Program-made: the position numbers and the translations under genes | DNA from: Eledone cirrhosa | Taxonomy: Eukaryota | Direction: 5' to 3' | Length of the DNA stretch: 64,000 nucleotides | Assembly: GCA_964016885.1 (NCBI GenBank) | Contig: OZ024743.1 | Location: 121,520,001-121,584,000 of the forward strand | The notes under the pieces: model-generated | Database searches by the model: none | The model's input: only the letters and a program-made list of their open reading frames with translations | What the model was told of the DNA's origin: nothing | Part shown: in pieces, positions 53,961 through 64,000 of the stretch | Position numbering within the stretch: position 1 is the stretch's first letter | How the letters are laid out: each line of letters begins with the position of its first letter

Positions 53961-54009
53961 AATAAATATGGTTTTATAAATATAGTTTCCATTTATTTAA
54001 TATCATTGT

Positions 54010-54150
54010 AAAGAAGGTGTGGTAAGATACCAGGTGGACCACAACGCACCAGAGTACTCGATACTTAGGGTAGTAGAGTGGGTAATAGGAGAAAAGTCAG
54101 AACCCCGACGGCTGAACTCCGGCCATTTCGACAGCTAGTTTCGGATCTAG
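54010..54150 (-). repeat. PLE terminal fragment, same family as 48688
   Basis: gtggtaag..cttagggtagtagagtgg..ccccgacggc. Confidence 0.75.
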
Positions 54151-54246
<96 letters not shown>

Positions 54247-54329
54247 CGAGCTGATCTTCTTCCAGAAATATAGTCTATCATTGATTACTTCTTATATTTT
54301 CCTTACTTGACATACTGTACAGATATGTA

Positions 54330-55450
54330 ATGTGGTCTGTCTCTACCAGATTTTGCCCTCACTAAATTTTGAGATTCGCAATCTAAAACAGGTTGATATC
54401 AGATCTTGTATGTACGTAAAAATTGTCGATCACAAATACAATGAGAATAACTTTGGCTGTTGCTTGCAAGCCTGTTCAACTCCGATTATAACATCAAACC
54501 ATGCACGCTGGAGTTCATCTGCGTGACTTGAACCATGATGCCAGTATATAAGGATTCTATATATTACGAGTGAACTTGTTCGGACATCCAAAGCTTCTGA
54601 TTGTCTGCAACAGGCTCGATCCATTTACAGTGTTGAATTCATTCGTGAGTTCAATGAAGACCAAATGCTCTGTCTTCTTCTATTCCACATATAAACCTGG
54701 ATTTGTCGAAGGCAGAATGCTATATCTATGCTATTTCCTCTGAATAAACATTCAGTTTTTTTTTTCACAAAGAAGCTCTTTGAACTTTTCCGTCAGTTAG
54801 TTAAATAATACTTTAATAAAGATATTCCGAGAAGTGCTCCGCAAAGCAGCCAAATATTTTTCCTTTTTACAGGAACATTGTTTATACCTGATCTGACGTT
54901 AGCTGAAGAGTGCCTTTCTTCCGGATACATCTTTAATTCAGTACAGAAGCTACACATATCACTGAAATCAGTAGCTGTTTGCTAGTCGATCGCATTGTTT
55001 TTTCAACACTCCAACTATATCTTGTGGTGCGCTATTGGAGTCGTCTCTTGACTTCCCTGAATTTAGCCGAGCGTAACTAAGAGCTGGAAGCCAGGAAATA
55101 TGTCTAATGGACTTCGTTGCATCGCCCCAATCGTAACACCAGTCTTGGTGTTTTCTTGTTGGTATACCAAATGCAGCTGTAGATATGCCATATACTGTGG
55201 TGCAAAGCAAGAACAATTTTGCATTCATAGTGCCTGGTTTTATTTTTGTTTTGCTGTTTTCTGCAATTCAGGGCTTTATTCATATATCTATTTTCAGAAT
55301 TGCCTTTACAATCCTATCCGCCAGTTATCGTGTTGCTAGTAAGTTTACTATTCTTAGGATGTCTGGTTCTATTCCAGCCGGGCAATACAATGAAGGATAT
55401 TTTTGTTCGGACCATTTGGTGTCTCTGCTCACCTCATCACTCACGTAATT
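54330..55450 (-). mobile_element. Ancient decayed RTE/BovB-like LINE
   Basis: AAFGIPTRKHQDW resembles the RTE RKHQDWF linker; many stops. Confidence 0.45.
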
Positions 55451-56666
55451 TATACATCATCTATATCCTACTGCCTAGTTTTGATTACCAAATTACTAGT
55501 GTGGTGTTAGATGTAATTGTTTTCGATATAGTACGTGGTTAAAATATTTAAACTTAACTAAATACCCTGGAAGGTAATTATCGATTGTCTCTTATTGTAA
55601 ACAATAATGTTAAAGAGAGATATACTGGGTTAGCTTCAATTTTGTTGCATTTTCATCAGCAACTATCTACCCTTCTTTACCATTCCAAAATGGCATTGTA
55701 TTTCTAGCCACTATCATTACGAGCTTTAATAAATCAGATGTACTGATGTGCATAAATGTCGTTTTTTAATACTTATTTCGATTAATAGAACACTAATGTG
55801 CTAGCAACCTTTGTTTTTTAAATACGATTCTACAGAATAAACATACATATTACGGTCAACACTGCGTGTGTCAATTAATAAATCTTAATTAAATAATCTA
55901 GGCATTAAATGTGTTGCTAAAAATGAGTCATTTCTGTTAATCATTATACCGGATATAATAAGGCCCTTAAGAGTTTTAGCTCTCGTTTCACTATCACAAT
56001 GGACAGCTAGAAAAGTGTAGTTAAATGCTGAAGAAATTTCAGCAAAGATCGAAAATAATCCAGTGATATTGTATAGAAACAAATAAAAGAAAAAGCCGTT
56101 TACGGTTTTCCAGTGAACTTAATTAAGTTTAATAAATTTACACACGCAATGTTGACTGAAATCTACAGGTTTATTCTATAGTGCATTATACCATAAAAAT
56201 GAACATCTCAGTAATTAATTAAACTAGCTGCCAAGAATGTGTCGTTTATATAACGCAATATATCAGATTTAATAAAACCCTTAATAATCTTGGCTAGAAG
56301 TATAATATCACTGGGAATAGTTGGAAAACAATGACCCGTTGCTGATGAAATGTCACTGAAGATGGGAACTAGTCCAGCTGACGTAATTTTTCTACTTTCT
56401 GTGATAAAGACAGTCGTTTACAAAAATTCAGCGCTTTAATTGAATTTAATTGCTCAGCACACAAAGTTTTGGCCGATAACTATATGTTTATTCTGTAGTG
56501 TACCGCAGCATATTTATGATGTAGTCTAGGAGATGCTAATGCTTCAAGTAAGGACACATTAAAATTGCCTTTTGTCCTTATTTCTGTTTCCAGGTGCAAA
56601 ACTCGGGTTCAACTTAAGAGAAAGCTTCACCAATCATCTGCATCTACTTCCTTATTAGACCTGGAC

Positions 56667-56762
56667 TAACTTTGCCTTTCATCCTTACGGGGTTGATAAA
56701 ATAAAGTACCATTAATACACTGGGATAATTGCTGGCCTTGTGCCAAAAGTAGAAACAATTAT
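56667..56762 (+). mobile_element. 5'-truncated SINE with TSD-like ttatt(a/g)gacctggacta flanks
   Basis: Core and tail only; direct repeat on both sides. Confidence 0.8.
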
Positions 56763-57517
56763 TGGACCTGGACTAGTTGTGACTGCATTGGATGTCTGGT
56801 ATACAATGTCAGATTTATCAATCATTGAGCATCCAAGAATCTGGTAGATATCTACCAACAAGTCGATATCTGCGACAAGTAAACCCTACTTTATATAGAT
56901 ATAAGTGATGTATGTGCACGTGTGAAGGAAGGAGATGCGTTAAGATGTCCAGATCCCAATCGTAAGGAGCGGTGGATGCTTGAGCAAGGCACTTTATTTC
57001 ACTTATTCTTGTCCTCTCAGCTGGCAAAAATAAGTTGCACCTATAATTGACAGGGGTCAGCTTTGGCACACCCTGTCGTATTGAGTCTCCCTGAGAAATA
57101 CGTTAAGGAGTGTTCAGCCTCATACTCGTTAAATTTACGAGTGGGCTATTTCTTTGATCAAACTACCGAAACACTAGTCATTAGAACCGATGGGTGTCCA
57201 AAGCATGTGTACGTATTGTGTATATGTTTGTAGGTTTATATTTGCTTGTGCATATATGCATTAACTCTATGTGTATTATTGTCTTTTATTCTTTCACTGG
57301 TTTCCGCCATTAGACTGTTGCCATGATAACAATAACCCCAGTACATATTTTTTCAGGTCGGTTTTTATCGATCACTTTATTAACGAACTGCTACGATAAG
57401 GGATATAAACAAAATGTAAACGTACGTATAGACACCCCCACACCCACGTACGTACACACACACACACACACATATGCACAAATACACACACAGAAACATA
57501 CACACACACATACACAT

Positions 57518-57622
57518 GTATGGTTAGAGAGGTGGATTCGCAATCATGAGGTTGCGAGTTCAATTCTCGGAACGGGTGATGCGTTGTGTCCTTGAGCAAG
57601 ACACTTTATTTCACGTTTCTCC
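57518..57622 (+). mobile_element. Second tRNA-derived SINE family (MetaSINE-like)
   Basis: TGGTTAG..GAGTTCAATTC B-box, then GTGTCCTTGAGCAAGACACTTTA; related piece near 56978. Confidence 0.65.
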
Positions 57623-57765
57623 TGCTGTCAGGAGTTGCCACCGGTAGATAGTAGCAGCAATGAAAAGACCAATGGATAGATTGTTTCCTTGGTCCGATTT
57701 GACGATTTTACCCTACTCGACAAGTGAACGAGGTTTGGGATCTTGTCGATCGATCAGAGCGAGCG

Positions 57766-57858
<93 letters not shown>

Positions 57859-58640
57859 ACGGTTTCACACTTAGCTTCCGTCCAACAAATTTCATTGACA
57901 AGGCAATGATCAGCTCGAGACTTATAATTGGAAGCATTTTACCAAGACGACACACAACTTAAAATCATATGATAGTAAAGCGAACTCCTTAACAACACAC
58001 CTGTATCTCTGCCTAAATATAAATTATAAATTATATTTAAAAGCAGTCGTCAATTTCAATACTTCTATAATTCGCAGAAAATGCTGTCACTCACCTACAT
58101 ATATTCACACATTAACACATATATTCAGATGGGTGATATTACCTTTGTATTCCATTATTTTGTATATTCTATTGGAAAGAAATATAACTTTATACTCTCT
58201 TACATTGGGCTTAACACCAGTCGAAGAAAGACATTGTAGCCAAGAATGGCTCATAATTAAATCTAAAGAACCAGTTTTCAGTACATTAAATTAATAACAA
58301 TAAAAATATACATGATAACCATACATAAGAATGTCTACAAATGCAAATTTAGTGCAAATTGAGGAAATTTTAACATTGCTACTCACAAATGTTTTGTATA
58401 CATATATTTATATTTATAAACATGATAGTAAACAAATTCTTATATATGTTTGTTAGATAAAACAGCTCATTTAATTATACACACGCGCGCGCAGACACGT
58501 GCTTACATACACAAATGCTCACATAAATGTATACATACATACATACGTACATATATATATATATATATATATATTAATTTATCGATTATTATACTGCTTA
58601 ATGTGTTAGTTTAGTTAAAAGAAATCTATTGACTAAATAC

Positions 58641-58758
58641 CTGCTTTCAAAATATAGTTGATGCTGTCCATTTGTGCGTCTGAAGTTGTTGAATCCTTGG
58701 TGAAGAGAAGCGTGGTTAACATTAATAGGAGAAAAGGGATTTCGTTTTTAACTTTCAT
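58641..58758 (-). CDS. iGluR first coding exon (signal peptide)
   Basis: MKVKNEIPFLLLMLTTLLFTKDSTTSDAQMDSINYILKA; CAG/gtattt donor in phase 1, matching exon 2; possible acceptor 22 nt upstream suggests a UTR exon. Confidence 0.72.
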
Positions 58759-59218
58759 GATGACAGTATATTAATATTCCTGCTAAATTTATTAAAAGTG
58801 TGAAGAATAGCGAACAAACAACAGCTGGAATAACGGCTGACTGAATAGTTCGTGGGATGCAGCAGTCATTTCCATAAGTGCTTTATTGGCATTAAACTAT
58901 TGAAAACATTTCTGAGGATGGGAGGAGTTTATGAATTCTATAAAATGACTATGTATTAACTGTGAAAAAAAATCAATTGCGCCTGAAAAAATAGTGTTTA
59001 TAGAGATATGAAAATATTCGGCTGGAAACCCTTTTTTCTGTCAGTATATGATATTACTAAGTGATGCCAATCCAATGATAATTGAATAATCAGCCATTTC
59101 CATTAATTGTTTCTGTATTTATCTTCAGTGTTAAATGGGCGTTTTAATGTCAACCAATCTAAACTGACAACAGTGAAATTCCCAGGGTAAAACACAAATA
59201 TAATTCTACATAGGTATG

Positions 59219-59259
<41 letters not shown>

Positions 59260-59435
59260 ATGTGTGTGTGTCTGTAGGCGGGTGTATATATATACGTTTC
59301 AAAATACAAACAAAAAAAAGAGTACTCAATGCGTAAAATCGATGATTGCCATCCATGAAAATTTGAGTAACTATGGATTTAGTCATTAACTTTATACATA
59401 CTGACACATAAACACACACACAAGCACACACTCAT

Positions 59436-59478
<43 letters not shown>

Positions 59479-59496
59479 TGCACGCGCACGCACGCG

Positions 59497-59541
<45 letters not shown>

Positions 59542-62500
59542 TCATATACATACTCGTATATATTCATTTATATATATATATAAATATACATACATAGATG
59601 ATCGCTACAACTCGATTTCGAGTAATGCCATCGCTTGATAATTAAACCTAAGCATCACAGACGTGGCTCTCTAGTCCTGCTAGGGACTTGCCTATGGCCA
59701 GCAATACCATGCATCGCAAACAATGCCACATATCAAGCGATGCCCCTGCTTGAACCTTTTTTAAGTGAGGAAAGGCTTTGCACGGGGGCCAATGCCACTT
59801 TCCGAAAATCGAATGCATTTGCCCAGAAAAAGAACCGGTCTACATCATTAGATGCAAAGGAAGCCATAGATTTTATATCAGAGTGACCTTCTCATAGATA
59901 CATATCTTAATGAAGAATACGAGTCTCTCGCTGCACAAGAAAAAGAAATGCATTTGACGGCCATTGAATCTCCTGAGTTCCGCCGCTCTTTAATGGGTTT
60001 TGTTTTTTATCCCATATGGTGTCCAAAATCAGCCTCCTCACTTGGTGGGGTTGCCGACGACCCGACCATGCACGGGTTGTACTGGGTTACATGTTGCCAG
60101 TAGCACTGAAGAGCGACTTGTATATACATACATACGTACAAACATACGTACATACATGCATACATGCATGCATACATACACACACACACATACATACATA
60201 CATACATACATACATACATACATACATACATACATACATACATACATACATACATACATACATGGTGGCTGCCAACTCGTTTTCGAGTACGGCCACTACT
60301 TTATATCCATGTAGGAGAACCCCTACCGAATGCGCTGAACGAGTGTGACTTTTTAGTCCAGCCAGCGATTTGAAAACTCTGGTACAAACACATACATACA
60401 TACATACATACATACATACATACATACATACATACATACATACATACATACATACATACATACATACATACATACATAATGGCTGCAAACTCGTATTCGA
60501 GCATTGCTATCGTCCGATAAAATGCTAAAAAATGTGAGGCACGAATGTGGCTCTTTAAGCCAGCCAAAGACTTGTATCCTCTGGCACATACATACATACA
60601 TACATACAAAAACAATTGCATCTAATAACTGCATATACACATACAAAGCATACACACATGCACACATGCACACATACAACTGAAAACATACACATCCACA
60701 CATACAATAACATCCATATCTACAGATGCATGCATACATAATATACCTAGTTGATGCTTAAAACCTGCAGACTATCTTTTAAAATTTCAAACAAAAATGT
60801 CTAGAAATTATAGCCAAATGTAAGTTTTAGAATGGTAGCTCATATGACAACTATAGTATTTGTATTCTGGCAGTAATTTTTGAAATGTTGTGGCACTGTT
60901 TGCTGTATATTCATATTTGTAGGTTTTGGTCTCTTGGTTATGTATTTGATTGTATATTATCTTATTTTAATAATTCCTAAAACACTGATCAGATTTTCTT
61001 GTGTTATTGCTCATTTAGGAACGTGTCTTGTCATTGATTTATCATGTCATTCTGTAACTTAGCTTAGCTTCATTTCTAGCCTTTTACCGGTTCCTCTTGT
61101 TTCTCTTCATAGCTGTCTATCATTTCAACCCTTGTTTTAGTATTTGTTAGATTCCTTCAAGTCAATTGACTCGTGCATTGTATTTGTATTAGTTTTCCCT
61201 TTTTCCTTACAAGCCATTTTGTTATTCCTACATTGGATATTCTATTGTAATTATCTAGTTGAATTTAGGCAGTGTATTCTTCCTCAGTAATTGTATCCGA
61301 GTCCAATCTGATTTAAAATGTTAAAAAGTAAGCGACAAGCAGATGTGAGGTGAGAAGAAATTCCCTTGGTACGTTTCTCTTCTCATGAAGACAAATTTAG
61401 TTTTTAAAATTCATTTTTATTTGTAGCTGTAGAACTGTCTGTCACTTCAAGCTGTATTTAATTATTTGTTAATTAAATACATTACACGTGTTCACCGTTT
61501 CCAGGAACCACATGCGCAGAACATTGTCAAAAGATTTATGGTAATAATTCGTGCTATACTCAAACTCTTCCTTCTCCGACTACAATCTTAGGTGAAATCT
61601 TTGAATTTCTTACTTATCGCCTTTTTTTGTAATAACAAGTTGAAATATGGTTTAAGTATCAACAGAAACATTGAATTGATAAATGTGTCCGAACCCTGAA
61701 GAGCCGAACTCCCACTGTCATCGGCTCCATCTCTCTCACCCTCCCCATCTCTCCACCCCACGGTCCCAGTGGACAGAATGGAGAAGAGTTAAGCTAATTA
61801 GCAGTTAATGTTTGCGGCTATCTCAGCCATTGCAACAACGCTTCTACTCTTCTAAAAATAGTTTTATTTTCTAGATGTTTATTTATTATGTGCAATAATC
61901 CTAAAAACTAATTATAGGTCTATGGTTTTTAAGGCTTGTTCATTCTGTAAGTTAAGATGATTTTCTGCTTATTGAGCCAGTCAGGTTTTATCACTTTTTG
62001 TTTTATCTATTTAATATTTGAACCAGTAATTTAAAATCTTAACGACCCGGTGATTTCAAGTTGTTTTTGTTTTTGTTGTTGTTTAACGTCGTCATGTCTA
62101 CTTTTTGTTATAGTAGGCCACGATAGCTCGGGTGTTGTGTTCGTTGATTTGAACAAATTTCGTTTGTGGCGATTCCTTTGCTCTTCATAATTCTCCTCTT
62201 CAGAATTTCTCTACAGTTCTTGTTGATGTTGGTGCATTGATTTCAATTTTATGTTTACCAAGTTCTTCATAAAATGGTTTCAGGTTGGAGTCAAACTTCT
62301 TGTTTTGATCAAAGAATCGCTGTTATTTTTCATACCGTGAGATTATTAGTAATTTAGCGTAGATGAATTATTTCGAGTGTTCTTTGATTTCAGACACGTT
62401 CTTTATTTCTTTAATATTATATTTTTTTAGTATTTGTCTCTACATTTTTCAGTTGTGTCGATTTGTTATTGATTTCATCAAGGATTGAAAGATCTGTTAT

Positions 62501-63571
62501 TTTTAATCTTTTGTGTATGTTTGCTTGGGTATACATATTCATTTGTGAATAGATATGAAGGAGTTTCTCGTTTATTTCGTAGCTACAGTAGCTGCAGCAT
62601 ATATTTTTTATTTTAACTTAAAGATATTTATGTTTGTAACCGTTTTCATTGAGCCTGTGAAATCCAGATTTTACTTGGAAAACATTATTATTTTTAACCG
62701 AAAATTCTTGTTTCAATCAGCGCAAAATGTATTGTGGTTTGTGGTGCCAAAGTACGATTCTTCATCCCCTTTCTATTTGATTATTATATGAATGGTCTTT
62801 TAAAAGAAAAGTTTAGCAAATATATTAAAATCAAGTGCAGAAATCTGTTATTAAATCCAACTGACACGGCTATTATATGTTTTGGAAAAGAACCCATTAG
62901 TCTTGTTCAGTTTGAATGGCATTTATATCAAATTACAGTATGGATAAAAATATCCAGGTTTTTATGGAATATTAAAGATAAAATTTACTATCTCAGTTGC
63001 ACTGGATCAAATGCAGCAGAAAATTGGATTCCTTCTATCGAAGGGCATTCACTATTATCCTTATTATATACAATTCATTTTATTAATTATAATGCAATTC
63101 TGATACCATTCATTCATTTAAAATGAAGAAAACATTTCAATCTTTTTTTTTCTCAGCATTGTTCCGTTGTACTATTAAAATTATTTGGTATATTATTCTT
63201 TGAAGATCTTTTTAAAATGATTTTGTAAACAACGGTAAAATAACTATATTCAAATAGCTATAAATATTTTCTTTTGGAATTTATTACGCTTCGTTCTCCA
63301 AATTACAAAATACATTTATAATATTTTCATAGAAATATATCATCTCAAAACTTGAATTTAAATGTCTTTTTATTTTCTGAAATAATCGAATATATCCAAT
63401 AAATTTTACACCTTGGATTATATAAGATTTTATTGTGCTAGTGTATTGAGGATGAAAAATGTTATACATTAATGCGTGGAGCATATTTTACAATGTGTGA
63501 AAGACGAGATAAATATTTGTATAAATATGCAATAATTACAGATAATTGAAGAGATATGATTTAAATACACA

Positions 63572-63798
63572 TCTATATACTACTAAAACTCTGATCGCTT
63601 GTCTGCTTGCTTGTCTGTAATGTAATACCGCCAAAAGGGGGCATAATGGAAAAATACTTTGAAAGGAAGTTGACCTGAAATGGGAATACAAATGGAATAA
63701 AACAAGCTTCGCCGAAATCGGAGCACGGGTTCCCGAGATACGCGGTTTTTTCGAATACCTTGAACTATTGGCGACCCAACGGGTCACGGGTAGTCTAG
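63572..63798 (+). mobile_element. Non-autonomous Helitron
   Basis: A/TCTATATACTACTAAAA ... GACCC aac GGGTC hairpin 9 nt before CTAG/T; no TSD. Confidence 0.75.
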
Positions 63799-64000
63799 TT
63801 ATAAATAAAATAAGATTTATTGTAACTGCTGGGAATGGCTTGAAACTAAGGACAATGCGATCCTTTCCGACGTCTCTGAGATAGCACTTGGCGTTGACTA
63901 AGGAACAACAGCTTCTATGAACGGCTGTTGCAGTTTTCTTTCTTTTATTTCGTCTTGGAAGAAACTTTTTAAATGATGCATACTGCATACTGCCACGCAT

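Larger units (their letters stand above)
50702..54008. mobile_element. 3.3-kb inverted repeat from a PLE 3' end, with a central GIY-YIG remnant (51960-52235, plus)
   Basis: Left arm 50702-51925 mirrors 52335-54008 (which has an internal duplication); centre TKFKERWNNDKHTF..TSLSHLIWNLKDNNIDYSISWK..CNLCIEE. Confidence 0.88.

Noticed and set aside
58143-58262. Two tiny candidate exons downstream of the signal-peptide exon
   Set aside because: The implied intron is under 40 nt and the phases are incompatible with exon 2.
61690-61730. CUGAAGA followed by a gccga/ucggc hairpin
   Set aside because: No GAAA-NUH or stem I partner follows.
63536-64000. 154-aa minus-strand ORF
   Set aside because: Runs across a Helitron boundary with no recognisable domain; probably chance.

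Overview
Eukaryotic, AT-rich, microsatellite-dense genomic DNA, probably an octopod cephalopod (inferred from the SINE types and repeat landscape). One host gene runs on the minus strand: a divergent ionotropic glutamate receptor-family subunit. I assembled 11 phase-compatible coding exons by hand (58758 to 10054, 1878 nt, 626 aa: signal peptide, ATD, S1, M1-M3); the S2/M4 exons were not found and probably lie left of the window. It lacks canonical ligand residues (Arg to Lys), has NN at the Q/R/N site, a non-canonical gate (AYTANLTAF) and a GC-AG intron. The introns hold a nearly intact Tx1/L1-clade LINE ORF2, RTE fragments, many tRNA-derived SINEs, MITEs and several Penelope-like element (PLE) remnants; a short Helitron lies upstream of the gene. 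The most striking unexplained signal is about 20 type I hammerhead ribozyme motifs from many sequence families, including U3:A8 and U4C core variants and long stem II forms. Many sit near the outer ends of 0.6-3.3 kb inverted repeats. All folding and alignment was done by eye.
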